Below are positions 17,088 to 28,127 of a DNA stretch of 64,000 bases, one piece after another (within the stretch, counting starts at the first letter, position 1; each line of letters starts with the position of its first letter). The notes under the pieces were generated by a model that saw only the letters and a program-made list of their open reading frames with translations, was not told the DNA's origin and did no database searches. This DNA comes from an uncultured Holophagaceae bacterium (lineage in GTDB: Bacteria > Acidobacteriota > Holophagae > Holophagales > Holophagaceae). The stretch is from assembly GCA_903868115.1 (NCBI GenBank), contig CAIPUA010000041.1:6377-70376 (forward strand). Direction: 5' to 3'. The translations under genes and the position numbers were made by a program.

Positions 17088-19196
17088 GTGGCCCGCACGA
17101 CCCCCCTCGAGCGCTACCGCAACATCGGCATCATGGCCCACATTGATGCCGGGAAGACGACGACCACGGAGCGGATCCTCTACTACACTGGCAAGATCCA
17201 CAAGATCGGCGAAGTTCATGATGGCGCGGCCACGACCGACTGGATGGTCCAGGAACAGGAGCGCGGCATCACCATCACCTCCGCCGCCATCACGGCCGCC
17301 TGGGTACCCCAAACGGGCCTGATGACTGGCATCGAACACCGAGTCAACATCATCGACACGCCCGGCCACGTGGACTTCACCGCCGAAGTAGAGCGGTCTC
17401 TCCGTGTACTGGACGGCGCCGTGGCAGTGTTCTGCGCGGTGGGTGGCGTACAGCCCCAATCAGAGACGGTGTGGCGACAGGCCAACAAGTACAAGGTGCC
17501 CCGTCTTGGTTTCGTGAACAAGATGGACCGCACGGGCGCGGACTTCTACCGTGTCGTTGAAATGATGAAGACTCGGCTTCATGCCAAGCCCATGCCTATC
17601 CAGATTCCCATCGGTGCCGAGGACAACTTCAAGGGTGTCATTGACCTCGTCACGATGCGGGCTCTCACCTTCGACGAGGGCGACAAGGGCTTCGTTGTCA
17701 TTTACGGTGAGATTCCCGCGGAACTCATGGAAGAGGCCGCGAAGTGGCGCGAACACATGGTCGAGATGGTCGCCGAGACTGACGAGCACTTGATGGAAAA
17801 GTATCTCGGCGGCGAACCGCTCACTGAAACCGAGCTCCGGGCGGGCATCCGCAAGGGCTGCGTTGATCTGCTCTTCACGCCCATGACGTGCGGTTCCGCC
17901 TTCAAAAACAAGGGTGTTCAGCCCTTGCTGGACGCGGTGGTGAGCTACATGCCGAGCCCACTCGAAATTCCTCCAATCCAGGGCCACGACCTAGATGGCA
18001 ACTCCATCGAGCGCAAGGCCAGTGACGACGAACCCTTCAGTGCCCTCATTTTCAAAATCATGGCCGACCCCTTCGTAGGCAGCTTGGCCTTTATTCGCGT
18101 CTATTCCGGCATCCTCGCCGCGGGCTCATCGGTGTTCAATTCCGCCAAGGGTCGTCGTGAGCGGATCGGTCGCTTGCTCCAGATGCACGCCAACAAGCGT
18201 GAGGATATCACCGAGGTACGCACGGGCGACATTGGCGCCGCCGTGGGCTTCAAGGATGTGTTCACCGGCGAGACGATCTGCGACGAACATAGTCCGGTGG
18301 TGCTGGAATCCATGGATTTCCCCGACCCCGTCATCCAGGTTGCTATCGAGCCGAAGACCAAAGTCGATCAGGAGAAAATGGCCATTGCCCTGCAGAAATT
18401 GGCCCAGGAGGATCCCACCTTCAAGGTGCACACGGATTCAGAGACCGGGCAGACCATCATCGCCGGCATGGGCGAATTGCATCTTGAGATTATCGTCGAC
18501 CGCATGATGCGCGAGTTCAAGGTGGACGCGAACGTGGGCAAGCCCCAGGTGGCCTACCGCGAAACCATCCGCAAGAAGGTTGACGCCGAAGGTAAATTCG
18601 TGCGCCAAAGCGGCGGCCGTGGCCAGTATGGCCACGTCCGGATCACCCTCGAGCCCAACGAATCCGGGAAGGGCTATGAATTCGTCAACGCCATCGTCGG
18701 CGGGGTCGTGCCCAAGGAATACATCAAGCCTGTGGACCAGGGCATCAAGGAAGCCACCAACTCCGGCATTTTGGCGGGGTTCCCGGTGGTGGATGTGAAG
18801 GTAACTCTCTACGACGGCAGCTACCACGAGGTCGACTCCAACGAAATGGCGTTCAAGATCGCAGGCTCCATGGCCTTCAAGGCCGCCTGTGAAAAGGCCA
18901 GCCCCGTGCTCCTCGAACCCATCATGGCCGTGGAAGTAGAAATGCCTGAAGACTACATGGGCGATGTCATCGGCAACCTCAACAGTCGTCGAGGTCGCAT
19001 CGAGAACATGGAAGAGCGTTCGGGCGCCCGCGTGGTCACCTCCAAGGTGCCCTTGGCCGAAATGTTTGCCTATTCGACTACGCTGCGTTCAATGACCCAG
19101 GGTCGCGGCACCTACACCATGCAGTTCAGCCACTATGACGAGGCCCCCAGAAATGTGGCCGAAGAGATCGTGGCGAAAGTCAAAGGCAGCAAGTAG
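17088..19196 (+). CDS. fusA: Elongation factor G
   Basis: GTG 17088 preceded by AAGGAGG. (M)[34 protein letters not shown]..., [12 protein letters not shown]. Confidence 0.96.
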   Translation: MARTTPLERYRNIGIMAHIDAGKTTTTERILYYTGKIHKIGEVHDGAATTDWMVQEQERGITITSAAITAAWVPQTGLMTGIEHRVNIIDTPGHVDFTAEVERSLRVLDGAVAVFCAVGGVQPQSETVWRQANKYKVPRLGFVNKMDRTGADFYRVVEMMKTRLHAKPMPIQIPIGAEDNFKGVIDLVTMRALTFDEGDKGFVVIYGEIPAELMEEAAKWREHMVEMVAETDEHLMEKYLGGEPLTETELRAGIRKGCVDLLFTPMTCGSAFKNKGVQPLLDAVVSYMPSPLEIPPIQGHDLDGNSIERKASDDEPFSALIFKIMADPFVGSLAFIRVYSGILAAGSSVFNSAKGRRERIGRLLQMHANKREDITEVRTGDIGAAVGFKDVFTGETICDEHSPVVLESMDFPDPVIQVAIEPKTKVDQEKMAIALQKLAQEDPTFKVHTDSETGQTIIAGMGELHLEIIVDRMMREFKVDANVGKPQVAYRETIRKKVDAEGKFVRQSGGRGQYGHVRITLEPNESGKGYEFVNAIVGGVVPKEYIKPVDQGIKEATNSGILAGFPVVDVKVTLYDGSYHEVDSNEMAFKIAGSMAFKAACEKASPVLLEPIMAVEVEMPEDYMGDVIGNLNSRRGRIENMEERSGARVVTSKVPLAEMFAYSTTLRSMTQGRGTYTMQFSHYDEAPRNVAEEIVAKVKGSK

Positions 19197-19353
19197 TTCG
19201 ATTTCAAGCCTGAGGCTACGGTCCCAGGTCGCAGTTCTACCCACTACAGCCCCCGTCAGGGGGTGAGGCCGCAACATGATCACCCCGATCGAGGCCTCTT
19301 GATCCTGCCGACCGGTCCTTAACCTTGCGGCCCTGAAAATTCAAAAATAGCCA

Positions 19354-19381
19354 TTGCATTTGCTTTGGCTTTTGGTATTCT
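19354..19381 (+). promoter_or_regulatory. Putative promoter of the S10 operon
   Basis: TTGCAT (19354-19359), 16-nt spacer, TATTCT (19376-19381), in an AT-richer patch about 95 nt upstream of rpsJ. Confidence 0.4.
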
Positions 19382-19475
19382 GGATGGCCCTGTCCCAGTC
19401 GACGGGACATCTCTAACACATGGGCGGTCAGCGCCCCACATCTAAGGACGGCCCGTCCGTCCCAATGGAGTGAAC
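19382..19475 (+). promoter_or_regulatory. Structured 5' leader of the S10 operon
   Basis: Hairpins TGTCCC-AGTCGAC-GGGACA (19391-19409), GGGCG-GTCAG-CGCCC (19422-19436) and GGACG-GCC-CGTCC (19446-19458), then GGAG and ATG 19476. Confidence 0.3.
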
Positions 19476-19802
19476 ATGAAGGACAACATTCGCATCCGTC
19501 TGCGAGCCTTCGATCACCGTCTGCTCGATCAGTCGACGCGGGAGATCGTGGATGCCGCCAAGCGCACGGGCGCTCAGGTTGCAGGCCCGATTCCCCTCCC
19601 GACCCGGATCAGCAAGTACACGGTCAATCGGTCTCCGCATGTGGACAAGAAGAGCCGCGACCAGTTCGAGATCCGCACGCACAAGCGGCTCCTGGACATC
19701 CTCAATCCCACCCAGACGACGGTGGATACCTTGATGCGTCTCGACCTGCCTGCGGGCGTCGATGTCGAAATCAAGGTCTTCAGCCGCCAGGGCAACCGGT
19801 AA
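19476..19802 (+). CDS. rpsJ: 30S ribosomal protein S10
   Basis: [18 protein letters not shown]...; ATG 19476 has GGAG 5 nt upstream (the track ORF starts at GTG 19470). Confidence 0.95.
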   Translation: MKDNIRIRLRAFDHRLLDQSTREIVDAAKRTGAQVAGPIPLPTRISKYTVNRSPHVDKKSRDQFEIRTHKRLLDILNPTQTTVDTLMRLDLPAGVDVEIKVFSRQGNR

Positions 19803-19818
19803 AGAGGGGGTGGAGAAC

Positions 19819-20445
19819 ATGGCTAACGGAATCATCGGTAAGAAGCTGGGCATGACCCAGATCTTCAACGAAAAGGGACAGGTTGTTCCCGTCACGGTCA
19901 TCCAGGCCGGCCCGTGTGTGGTCGTCCAGCGCAAGACTTCCGCCCACGACGGCTACGAGGCCATTCAGGTTGGCTTCGTGGATCCCGCCGCGGGGAAGCG
20001 TGCATCCAAGCCCGAGAAGGGTCACTGCGAGAAGAGGGGTGTAGCTCCCGTTCGCGTGCTACGCGAATTCAAGGTCGAGACCGAGAACGGACTCAAGGAA
20101 GGCGACAGCATCCTTGTCACGCAGTTCGAGGAAAAGGACAAGGTGCACGTCACGGGTATCAGCAAGGGCAAGGGCTTTGCCGGCGTGATGAAGCGACACC
20201 ACTTCAAGGGCGGTCGTGCGTCTCACGGCTCCATGTTCCACCGTGCCCCCGGTTCCATCGGTGGTTCGTCCTATCCCAGTCGCGTGTGGCCCGGGATCCG
20301 GATGCCTGGCCAAATGGGTTCGGAACAGGTGACGGTCCGCAATCTGGAGATCGCGAAGGTGGATGTCGAAAACAACCTGCTGCTCATCAAGGGTGCCGTG
20401 CCCGGTCCCAAGGGCGGCTACGTCGTCATCAAGCAGGAGGCGTAA
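19819..20445 (+). CDS. rplC: 50S ribosomal protein L3
   Basis: [28 protein letters not shown]... at ATG 19819. Confidence 0.96.
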   Translation: MANGIIGKKLGMTQIFNEKGQVVPVTVIQAGPCVVVQRKTSAHDGYEAIQVGFVDPAAGKRASKPEKGHCEKRGVAPVRVLREFKVETENGLKEGDSILVTQFEEKDKVHVTGISKGKGFAGVMKRHHFKGGRASHGSMFHRAPGSIGGSSYPSRVWPGIRMPGQMGSEQVTVRNLEIAKVDVENNLLLIKGAVPGPKGGYVVIKQEA

Positions 20446-20447
20446 GA

Positions 20448-21083
20448 ATGGCCACCTTCCAGCACCCCGTCGTCAACCTCGAAAACAAGGCCGTCGGCAA
20501 CGTCGAGTTGCTTTCTGAGGTCTTCAAGCTCGAGGACATCAACAAGCACCTGATTTGGGAAGCCGTTCGTCACTTCCTTGCCAAACGCCGTCAGGGCACT
20601 GCCTCTACCAAGGACAAGTGGGAAGTCAGCGGTTCTGGTCGAAAGCTCTGGAAGCAGAAGGGAACCGGCCGTGCCCGTATCGGTTCCATCCGTTCCGCTC
20701 TATGGAAGGGCGGTTCTACGGTTCATGGGCCACACCCCCGTTGCTACGACTATGCCTTTCCCAAGAAGGCTCGTCGCTCGGCTCTCCGCAATGCCCTCTC
20801 CGTCAAGATGGCGGATGGACAGTTGATGGTCGTGGAAAACTGGGACCTCGAATCCCACAAGACTCAGGCGCTTGCTGCAACGCTTGCCAAGCTCGGAGTC
20901 ACGGGTTCCGCCTTGCTCGTGGGTGCGGAGGCCTCCGAAAAAATGCAGCTCGCTTCTGGCAACAATCCGAAACTGGCCACCATCGAGAGTCTGGGCGTCA
21001 ACGTCTATGAACTTCTGAAGTACGACCAGGTGGTCTTCTCCAAGGACGCCATCCTGGCCCTGCAGGAAGTGGTGAAGCCATGA
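20448..21083 (+). CDS. rplD: 50S ribosomal protein L4
   Basis: ATG 20448; ...SGSGRKLWKQKGTGRARIGSIRSALWKGGSTVHGP... Confidence 0.95.
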   Translation: MATFQHPVVNLENKAVGNVELLSEVFKLEDINKHLIWEAVRHFLAKRRQGTASTKDKWEVSGSGRKLWKQKGTGRARIGSIRSALWKGGSTVHGPHPRCYDYAFPKKARRSALRNALSVKMADGQLMVVENWDLESHKTQALAATLAKLGVTGSALLVGAEASEKMQLASGNNPKLATIESLGVNVYELLKYDQVVFSKDAILALQEVVKP

Positions 21084-21358
21084 CCAAGATTTTTGAAGTG
21101 ATCCGGAAGCCCCTCCTCACCGAGAAGGGCCAGATCCTCCGCGAGAACAATGTTCAGGTGTTCGAGGTTGCCATTTGGGCCTCCAAGCACCAGATCAAGG
21201 AAGCCGCGGAACTTCTGCTCCAGGCCAAGGTCAAGTCCGTCCGTACCGTCCGCGTGCCTTCGAAGGCGAAGCGGCTCGGTCGCTGGATCGGCTCTACCAG
21301 CGCCATGAAAAAGGCCTATGTCGAGCTTGCCGAGAGTTTCTCTCCGGCCGCAGAATAG
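21080..21358 (+). CDS. rplW: 50S ribosomal protein L23
   Basis: 92 aa; IRKPLLTEKG...; start overlaps the rplD stop by 4 nt. Confidence 0.93.
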   Translation: MTKIFEVIRKPLLTEKGQILRENNVQVFEVAIWASKHQIKEAAELLLQAKVKSVRTVRVPSKAKRLGRWIGSTSAMKKAYVELAESFSPAAE

Positions 21359-21433
21359 TCGCCACCTCGTTTCAACCCCGCGGACGGACAAGGCCTTGCC
21401 ACTATCGCCCGCCCATTTAGGCAAGAGGAACCC

Positions 21434-22255
21434 ATGAGCATCAAGCTGCTCAAGCCTACGACCCCCGGACAACGGGGTATGTCGAAGCAGGGGTTCGAGG
21501 AAGTCACCACTGACACCCCCGAACGTTCCCTGATTGGCAAACTCAATCGCACCGGCGGACGCAACAACAACGGCCGTATCACGACCCGCCACATCGGCGG
21601 TGGGCACAAGCGGCGCTACCGCACCATTGACTTCAAGCGCAACAAGACCGGCGTTCCCGCCAAGGTCGCGACCATCGAGTACGACCCCAATCGGACGGCC
21701 CGAATCGCGCTCCTCATCTACGCGGATGGCGAAAAACGCTACATCCTGGCTCCCGATGGTCTGGAAGTTGGCCGTGCTGTCCTGTCCGGCAAGGATGCCG
21801 ACATCCTGGTGGGCAACGCGTTGCCACTTCGGAACATGCCGCTTGGCACAACGGTGCACAACATCGAGATGAAGCCCGGTAAGGGTGGTCAGATTGCACG
21901 CGCCGCCGGGACTTTCGCTCAGCTCGTGGCCAAGGACGAGGATTACGCTCAGCTCCGCATGCCCTCCGGTGAGATCCGCAAGATCCACCTGGACTGCTTT
22001 GCGACGGTGGGTCAGGTCGGCAACCTGCAGCACGAAAATGTGGCTCTCGGGAAGGCCGGCCGCAAAATATGGCTGGGCATCCGCCCGACCGTTCGCGGTG
22101 TCGTGATGAATCCCGTGGATCATCCGCACGGTGGCGGCGAAGGTCGCACCTCCGGTGGGCGCCATCCCGTCACGCCTTGGGGCCAGCCAACACGCGGCTA
22201 CAAGACGCGGCGCAACAAGCGCACCGCCAAGTTCATCGTCAAGCGGATCAACTAG
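21434..22255 (+). CDS. rplB: 50S ribosomal protein L2
   Basis: [15 protein letters not shown]..., [23 protein letters not shown]. Confidence 0.97.
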   Translation: MSIKLLKPTTPGQRGMSKQGFEEVTTDTPERSLIGKLNRTGGRNNNGRITTRHIGGGHKRRYRTIDFKRNKTGVPAKVATIEYDPNRTARIALLIYADGEKRYILAPDGLEVGRAVLSGKDADILVGNALPLRNMPLGTTVHNIEMKPGKGGQIARAAGTFAQLVAKDEDYAQLRMPSGEIRKIHLDCFATVGQVGNLQHENVALGKAGRKIWLGIRPTVRGVVMNPVDHPHGGGEGRTSGGRHPVTPWGQPTRGYKTRRNKRTAKFIVKRIN

Positions 22256-22266
22256 GAGAGGCTGCC

Positions 22267-22551
22267 ATGGCACGTTCGCTAAAAAAAGGTCCCTTCATTG
22301 ACTCCCACCTGCAGAAGAAGATCGACACCGCCCAGGCCACGAGTGACAAGCGCGTCATCAAGACCTGGTCCCGCCGGTCCACTGTTCTGCCTCAGATGAT
22401 TGGGATGACCATTGCCGTCCACAATGGCAACAAGTTCATCCCCGTCTATGTCACCGACAACATGGTCGGTCACAAGCTGGGGGAGTTCTCTCAAACCCGC
22501 ACCTTCAAGGGCCACGCCGGCAAGGCCGACGCCAAGGCGAAGGGAAAGTAA
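22267..22551 (+). CDS. rpsS: 30S ribosomal protein S19
   Basis: [12 protein letters not shown]...[27 protein letters not shown]. Confidence 0.96.
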   Translation: MARSLKKGPFIDSHLQKKIDTAQATSDKRVIKTWSRRSTVLPQMIGMTIAVHNGNKFIPVYVTDNMVGHKLGEFSQTRTFKGHAGKADAKAKGK

Positions 22552-22552
22552 A

Positions 22553-22900
22553 ATGTCTGAAATCGTTTCCAGTGCCACCATTCGTCACCTGCGAGGTTCT
22601 GCCCAGAAGGCCCGCCTCGTGGTCGACCTGATCCGCGGCAAACAAGTGGGCCAGGCTCAGTGGATTCTAGTGTCCACCAAGAAATACGCGGCCGCGCCCA
22701 TCAAGAAACTGCTTGATTCCGCCGTGGCCAACGCCATCGACAAGGATCCCGCCGTTAATCCAGACGAATTGGTCGTGAAGACCGTCTTCGTGGACGAGGG
22801 ATTTCGCATGAAGCGGGTTCGTCCCGCGCCAATGGGTCGAGCCTACAGGGTGCAGAAGCGCACTTGCCATATCACCCTGCAGTTGGGTCGGGAGGAGTAG
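22553..22900 (+). CDS. rplV: 50S ribosomal protein L22
   Basis: ATG 22553; ..[23 protein letters not shown]... Confidence 0.94.
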   Translation: MSEIVSSATIRHLRGSAQKARLVVDLIRGKQVGQAQWILVSTKKYAAAPIKKLLDSAVANAIDKDPAVNPDELVVKTVFVDEGFRMKRVRPAPMGRAYRVQKRTCHITLQLGREE

Positions 22901-22902
22901 CC

Positions 22903-23550
22903 ATGGGTCAAAAAGTCCATCCGTACGGCTTCCGTATTGTCTATACGAAGAATTGGAAGAGCAAGTGGTACGCCAAGCGCGACTATGCCTCTCTGCTCCA
23001 TGAAGATCTGAAGCTCCGCAAGGAACTTAAGGCTCAACTCCACGGCCTCAACGCCATGGTTTCCAAAATTGATATCGAACGTGCGGCCGATAAGGTGACG
23101 GTGCGTATCTTCACCGCCCGACCCGGTATCGTCATCGGGCGCAAGGGCGCCGAGATCGACAAACTGCGTGAGGATCTCCAGGCCCGCCTGAAGCGTCCCG
23201 TGAGTGTCGATATCCAGGAAATCAAGAAGCCTGAAATCGATGCCCAGCTCGTGGCCGAGGGCGTCGCCCAACAGCTCGAACGCCGAATCGCCTTTCGTCG
23301 GGCCATGCGCAAGGCCGAAGAGGCCGCGATGCGCTTCGGAGCCAAGGGGTTCAAGATCAAGGTGGCCGGTCGCCTAAATGGCGCCGAGATCGCCCGGACC
23401 GAGGACTACCTCTCCGGCCAGATGCCCCTTCAGACCATCCGCGCCAATGTGGAGTACGGTTTCGCAGAAGCCCACACCACCTACGGCATCATCGGCATCA
23501 AGGTCTGGGTCAATCTGGGTGAAGCGGCCCTCGAAACCGTGAAGCGTTGA
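22903..23550 (+). CDS. rpsC: 30S ribosomal protein S3
   Basis: [24 protein letters not shown]...; KH domain. Confidence 0.96.
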   Translation: MGQKVHPYGFRIVYTKNWKSKWYAKRDYASLLHEDLKLRKELKAQLHGLNAMVSKIDIERAADKVTVRIFTARPGIVIGRKGAEIDKLREDLQARLKRPVSVDIQEIKKPEIDAQLVAEGVAQQLERRIAFRRAMRKAEEAAMRFGAKGFKIKVAGRLNGAEIARTEDYLSGQMPLQTIRANVEYGFAEAHTTYGIIGIKVWVNLGEAALETVKR

Positions 23551-23559
23551 GGTGAACCC

Positions 23560-23979
23560 ATGTTGATGCCGAATAAAGTCAAGCACAGGAAAGTCATGAA
23601 GGGCCGCACCCGCGGCATCGCAACCCGCGGTAACGAACTCTCCTTCGGGGATTTCGGCCTGAAGGCCCTTGAGCATGCCTGGGTCACCAACCGTCAGATC
23701 GAGGCTGCTCGTATTGCCATGACACGCCACATCAAACGCGGTGGCCGGATCTGGATCCGGATCTTTCCCGACAAGCCCACCACCAGCAAGCCTGCCGAAA
23801 CCCGCATGGGATCCGGAAAGGGCGCGCCCGATGGCTGGGTGGCCGTAGTCCGGCCCGGCAAGATCCTCTTCGAAATGGAGGGCGTGGACGAGGCGACGGC
23901 CCGCGAGGCCCTGCGCTTAGCTCAGATGAAGCTCTGCGTCGCCTCCGACTTCATCTCCCGTACGCCGCCGGAAGAGTGA
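23560..23979 (+). CDS. rplP: 50S ribosomal protein L16
   Basis: [19 protein letters not shown]... Confidence 0.96.
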   Translation: MLMPNKVKHRKVMKGRTRGIATRGNELSFGDFGLKALEHAWVTNRQIEAARIAMTRHIKRGGRIWIRIFPDKPTTSKPAETRMGSGKGAPDGWVAVVRPGKILFEMEGVDEATAREALRLAQMKLCVASDFISRTPPEE

Positions 23980-23989
23980 GAGGACCGAC

Positions 23990-24190
23990 ATGAACAAAAA
24001 GAATCCATTCAGCGAACTGGCTGGCCAAAGCATTGAGGAACTCGCGCAATTGGAGGCCGATCTGGCCGCCAAACGCTTCACTCTCCGCTTCCAGCACGCC
24101 GTGGGGCAGGTGGAAAACACCGCCGAGATCCGGAAGACCCGCCGAGAACTCGCCCGCGTCAAGACCGCGCTCAAGATGAAGCTGGCGTGA
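23990..24190 (+). CDS. rpmC: 50S ribosomal protein L29
   Basis: 66 aa; ..LEADLAAKRFTLRFQHAVGQVENTAEIRKTRRELARVKT; canonical position. Confidence 0.92.
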   Translation: MNKKNPFSELAGQSIEELAQLEADLAAKRFTLRFQHAVGQVENTAEIRKTRRELARVKTALKMKLA

Positions 24191-24198
24191 GGTAGACC

Positions 24199-24456
24199 AT
24201 GAGCCTAGAACAGAAAATGATCCGCAGCGGCATCGTGGTATCCAACAAGGCCGACAAGACGGTCGTGGTGAAGGTGGAGCGTAAGTTTCAGCACCCTCTC
24301 TACAACCGCACGGTCAAGCAGAGCAAGAAATTCATGGCTCACGACGAGACGAACGCCTGCCAAATTGGCGACGTAGTCAAGATCGTCGAGTCGCGGCCCC
24401 TGTCCAAGCGCAAGCGCTGGATGGTCCTAGAGATCATCCAGAAAGCTGGCGAGTAA
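24199..24456 (+). CDS. rpsQ: 30S ribosomal protein S17
   Basis: 85 aa; [40 protein letters not shown]. Confidence 0.95.
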   Translation: MSLEQKMIRSGIVVSNKADKTVVVKVERKFQHPLYNRTVKQSKKFMAHDETNACQIGDVVKIVESRPLSKRKRWMVLEIIQKAGE

Positions 24457-24465
24457 GGAGGCGAC

Positions 24466-24834
24466 ATGATTCAGATGGGAACCATGCTCACGGTAGCCGA
24501 TAATTCCGGCGCCAAGAAAATCTGCTGCATCTTGCCGCTGGGCGGTGGGGTGGGCAGAACCGCCGAGATCGGCGACGTCATCACCGCCTCCGTCAAGGAA
24601 GCCATACCGGGCGGCACAGTCAAGAAGAAGGCTGTGGTCCAGGCCGTCATCGTGCGGCAGCGCAAGGCTTTCCGCCGAAAGGATGGGTCCTATATTCGTT
24701 TCGACGAGAACGCGGCCGTCATCATCAAGAAGGATGGCGAACCGGTCGGAACGCGCGTATTCGGCCCTGTGGCCCGCGAACTGCGAGAGCGGAAGTACAT
24801 GAAGATCGTCTCCCTCGCTCCTGAGGTGCTGTGA
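24466..24834 (+). CDS. rplN: 50S ribosomal protein L14
   Basis: [18 protein letters not shown]... Confidence 0.97.
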   Translation: MIQMGTMLTVADNSGAKKICCILPLGGGVGRTAEIGDVITASVKEAIPGGTVKKKAVVQAVIVRQRKAFRRKDGSYIRFDENAAVIIKKDGEPVGTRVFGPVARELRERKYMKIVSLAPEVL

Positions 24835-25109
24835 TGGAAAAGCCAGTCAAGATGAAGCTCAAGAAGGGGGACGAAGTCCTCATCATCACCGGCAAAGACC
24901 GTGGGAAACGCGGTCAGATCACGAAGGTCAGCCCCACCACCAATCGTGTGGTCGTGGCGGGCATCAACATGATCAAAAAAGCCACCAAACCCAATGCCCA
25001 GGCTGGAATCGAGGGGGGCATCGTCACCAAGGAAGCCTCCATTCACGCTTCGAATGTCATGCTGGTGGACACGGCTTCCCAGAAGCCCACTCGTAAGCGC
25101 TTGACCTGA
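24831..25109 (+). CDS. rplX: 50S ribosomal protein L24
   Basis: [22 protein letters not shown]...; GTG 24831 overlaps the rplN stop (alternative ATG 24834). Confidence 0.94.
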   Translation: MMEKPVKMKLKKGDEVLIITGKDRGKRGQITKVSPTTNRVVVAGINMIKKATKPNAQAGIEGGIVTKEASIHASNVMLVDTASQKPTRKRLT

Positions 25110-25296
25110 GCTCCTTAAAAACGCTTCGCGATTTTTAAGAACGTGAGATACTGTTCGTTCCGCCGATGGAAGGCTGTCGGCGGAACAGTTTGAAAACTCG
25201 AGGTTGGAAGGAAACGGGCCGGACTGCCGGTACCCAAGCCCTTCCGCTCTCCCGAACCCGTGGGACGTAGTCGCCCCCCGGAAATGGAGGAATGTG
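25110..25296 (+). promoter_or_regulatory. Unusually long structured non-coding spacer inside the spc operon, immediately upstream of rplE
   Basis: 187 nt. Hairpin 1: GTTCCGCCGA (25157-25166) / TCGGCGGAAC (25177-25186). Hairpin 2: nested GGAAGG..GGG.CCGG-ACTG-CCGG..CCC..CCTTCC (25206-25245). SD GGAGG 25286-25290 precedes ATG 25297. Confidence 0.4.
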
Positions 25297-25851
25297 ATGC
25301 CTACCAAAGCAGAGCCGCGCATCAAGGCTCGCTATCGCACCGAAGTGGTGCCGAAGCTCAAAGAGGAATTCGCGTACACCAGCACGATGCAGGTGCCGCG
25401 ACTCCAGAAGATCGTGATCAACATGGGCGTGGGCGATGCCATCCAGAACATTAAGACGCTGGATGTCGCCGTTGAAGAACTCACCGCCATCGTGGGCCAG
25501 AAGCCTGTGATCCGGAAGGCCAAGAAGAGCGTTGCCCAGTTCAAATTGCGCGAGGGGATGCCGATCGCCTGCATGGTGACCCTGCGCGCCGAGCGCATGT
25601 GGGAGTTCTTCGACCGCTTGGTCAGTCTGTCCCTCCCCCGCGTTCGCGATTTTCGCGGCGTGCCCACCAAGTCCTTTGATGGGCGTGGCAACTACACGCT
25701 GGGCCTCAAGGATCAGCTTATTTTCCAGGAAATCGATTATTCGCGGGTCGAGAAGATCAAGGGCATGAATGTGACTTTCGTGACCTCCGCACCCACTGAT
25801 GCCGAGGCTCGGGCCATGCTTGCCCACCTCGGAATGCCCTTCCGCAAGTAG
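25297..25851 (+). CDS. rplE: 50S ribosomal protein L5
   Basis: [25 protein letters not shown]...; ATG 25297. Confidence 0.96.
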   Translation: MPTKAEPRIKARYRTEVVPKLKEEFAYTSTMQVPRLQKIVINMGVGDAIQNIKTLDVAVEELTAIVGQKPVIRKAKKSVAQFKLREGMPIACMVTLRAERMWEFFDRLVSLSLPRVRDFRGVPTKSFDGRGNYTLGLKDQLIFQEIDYSRVEKIKGMNVTFVTSAPTDAEARAMLAHLGMPFRK

Positions 25852-25863
25852 TCAGGAGAACCC

Positions 25864-26049
25864 ATGGCTCGCATCGCGAAGAGATATAAAGACGCTTCTA
25901 AGCCGAAGTTCTCGACCCAGCACCGCAATCGTTGCAAGCTGTGCGGTCGTGCCCGCGGATTCATGCGCAAGTTCGAACTCTGCCGCCTTTGCTTCCGGAA
26001 GCACGCCCTTGCGGGCGAACTTCCCGGCGTTCAGAAGTCCTCCTGGTAA
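25864..26049 (+). CDS. rpsN: 30S ribosomal protein S14, short zinc-binding (type Z) form
   Basis: 61 aa with CKLCGR...CRLCFR (CxxC...CxxC). Confidence 0.95.
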   Translation: MARIAKRYKDASKPKFSTQHRNRCKLCGRARGFMRKFELCRLCFRKHALAGELPGVQKSSW

Positions 26050-26061
26050 GAAGAGGAAACC

Positions 26062-26457
26062 ATGTACACCGATCCAATCGCCGATTACCTCACTCGTTTA
26101 CGCAACGGCCTCATGGCTCGCCACGACGCTGTTGTCGTGCCTGCCTCCAAGATGAAAGAGCGCCTCTCCGCCATCCTGAAACAGGAGGGCTATATCCACG
26201 GCTACAAGAGCGTGGAGCATGATGGCCGTGACTACATCGTCGTGAGCCTGAAATATGTGAAGGGTGGTGAACCCGTCATCCACGGTCTCAAGCGCATCTC
26301 CAGTCCCGGACTACGCGTCTATGTCGGCGCCAACGAGATCACCGATGTCAATGGAGGTCTTGGAATCGCCATTCTCACCACGCCCAAGGGCCTGCTGACC
26401 GGGAAGGATGCCCGGAAGCAGAACCTGGGTGGAGAGATCCTCGCGCACGTTTGGTAG
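26062..26457 (+). CDS. rpsH: 30S ribosomal protein S8
   Basis: MYTDPIADYLTRLRNG... Confidence 0.96.
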   Translation: MYTDPIADYLTRLRNGLMARHDAVVVPASKMKERLSAILKQEGYIHGYKSVEHDGRDYIVVSLKYVKGGEPVIHGLKRISSPGLRVYVGANEITDVNGGLGIAILTTPKGLLTGKDARKQNLGGEILAHVW

Positions 26458-26490
26458 TTTCTCGCTAAACCCGTTTCCAAGGATTCAATC

Positions 26491-27027
26491 ATGTCTCGCA
26501 TCGGAAAGAAGCCCGTGACACTGCCGAAAGGCGTCAAAGTCACTGTCAACGGGGCTGAGGCTGTCGTCGAAGGCATCAAGGGCCTTCTGAAGTGCCCAGT
26601 CCCCCAGGGGATCTCGCTCGACGTTCAGGCCGATTCCATCAACCTCGTTCGCGCGGATGAAGAGGCCCAGACACGGGCCTTTCACGGTCTCTGCCGCGCC
26701 CTCATCCAGAATGCCGTCACTGGCGTCACTGAGGGCTGGAAGAAGGAATTGGACATCGTGGGCATCGGCTACAAGGCCGCTATGGACGGAAGTAAACTCC
26801 GCCTGGATCTCGGCTACAGTCATCCCATTTTCTACGACGCTCCCGCTGGGGTTACGATTGCCGTCGAGAAGAACACCCATCTCGTCGTCACCGGTCATGA
26901 TCGGCAGGCAGTAGGACAGGTGGCAGCCGACATTCGCCAGTTCCGTAAGCCGGAGCCATACAAGGGCAAGGGCGTCCAGTACACCGGCGAAGTCATCCGC
27001 CGCAAGGCCGGCAAGACCGGGAAGTAG
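26491..27027 (+). CDS. rplF: 50S ribosomal protein L6
   Basis: MSRIGKKPVTLPKGVKV... Confidence 0.96.
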   Translation: MSRIGKKPVTLPKGVKVTVNGAEAVVEGIKGLLKCPVPQGISLDVQADSINLVRADEEAQTRAFHGLCRALIQNAVTGVTEGWKKELDIVGIGYKAAMDGSKLRLDLGYSHPIFYDAPAGVTIAVEKNTHLVVTGHDRQAVGQVAADIRQFRKPEPYKGKGVQYTGEVIRRKAGKTGK

Positions 27028-27036
27028 GGGGAAACC

Positions 27037-27399
27037 ATGGCTAACGAAATGAAGTTGCGCCGCAAAAAAACGAAGACGAAGATCCGGAGCCGCATTTCGG
27101 GCACTCCTGAGCGTCCGCGTCTAACCATCTACAAGAGCCTCAAGCGCATCTATGTCCAGGCGGTGGATGACACCAAGGGCGTTACGCTGGCCTCCGCCTC
27201 CAGTCTGGAGAAGGACCTGCGCGGCACCCTAACAAATGGTGCCAACATCGAGGCCGCAAAGGTCGTTGGTGCCAGTATCGCCGTCCGGCTCAAGGAGTTA
27301 GGTGTCACGGCGGTGGTTTTCGACCGCAATGGCTATGTCTATCACGGCCGCGTCAAGGCGCTGGCCGACAGCGCCCGCGAAGCCGGGCTGCAGTTCTGA
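27037..27399 (+). CDS. rplR: 50S ribosomal protein L18
   Basis: ..[34 protein letters not shown]...[28 protein letters not shown]. Confidence 0.95.
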   Translation: MANEMKLRRKKTKTKIRSRISGTPERPRLTIYKSLKRIYVQAVDDTKGVTLASASSLEKDLRGTLTNGANIEAAKVVGASIAVRLKELGVTAVVFDRNGYVYHGRVKALADSAREAGLQF

Positions 27400-27409
27400 G
27401 GGGGGGCTC

Positions 27410-27925
27410 ATGTCCGCTGAAGTGAGAAACAATGCCGAGACCCCGCAACAGGGCGAGTTCAAGGACCAGGTCATCTATGTTGGACGCGTCACCAAAGTGG
27501 TGAAGGGGGGTAAGAACTTCTCCTTCTCCGCGCTGGTCGTCGTTGGCGATGGCCGGGGCAAAGTCGGTTTCGGGCTCGGCAAGGCGCTCGAAGTCCCCTC
27601 CGCCATCAAGAAGGGAATCGAAGCCGCCAAGCGCAACATGACGCGAGTGCCCGTTACATCGACCGGCTCCATTCCTCACCCCATTACGGGGCGATTCGGC
27701 GCGGGTTCCGTATTGATGAAGCCAGCTCCCGAGGGCACTGGCGTGATCGCCGGCGCTACTGTGCGTGCCGTCATGGAGGCTGCGGGCATCCATAATGTCC
27801 TCACAAAGAGCCTGGGGTCCTCTAACCCCCACAATGTGGTTCGCGCCACCTTTGCCGGGTTCAACGGCCTCATGGATCCCTACACGGTCATGACCAACCG
27901 TGGCATCGACCAGGCGGAGGCCTAA
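27410..27925 (+). CDS. rpsE: 30S ribosomal protein S5
   Basis: ATG 27410; ..[39 protein letters not shown]... Confidence 0.96.
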   Translation: MSAEVRNNAETPQQGEFKDQVIYVGRVTKVVKGGKNFSFSALVVVGDGRGKVGFGLGKALEVPSAIKKGIEAAKRNMTRVPVTSTGSIPHPITGRFGAGSVLMKPAPEGTGVIAGATVRAVMEAAGIHNVLTKSLGSSNPHNVVRATFAGFNGLMDPYTVMTNRGIDQAEA

Positions 27926-27926
27926 C

Positions 27927-28124
27927 ATGTCCAACCTGATTGGAAAGCAGGTCGTCATCAAGCTCGTGCGTTCCACCATTTGCACCACGCCGAAACATCG
28001 GGCCTTCATTCAGACGATGGGACTCAAGAAAGTGGGAGACACCCGTCAGTGCGAATACACCCCGAATGTGCACGGCATGGTCAAGCTCATTCCGCACCTC
28101 GTCGCCGTGTCGGTCAAGGAGTAG
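27927..28124 (+). CDS. rpmD: 50S ribosomal protein L30
   Basis: ATG 27927; MSNLIGKQVVIKLVRSTICTTPKHRAFIQTMGLKKVGD... Confidence 0.9.
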   Translation: MSNLIGKQVVIKLVRSTICTTPKHRAFIQTMGLKKVGDTRQCEYTPNVHGMVKLIPHLVAVSVKE

Positions 28125-28127
28125 ACC

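Noticed and set aside
21389-21398. Palindrome CAAGGCCTTG in the 75-nt rplW-rplB spacer as a regulatory hairpin
   Set aside because: It is a loop-less 10-bp palindrome with imperfect flanks, too short to support any call on its own.
21005-22273. 422-aa ORF antisense to rplW/rplB
   Set aside because: Antisense to highly conserved ribosomal protein genes, and it crosses an intergenic spacer. A shadow ORF.
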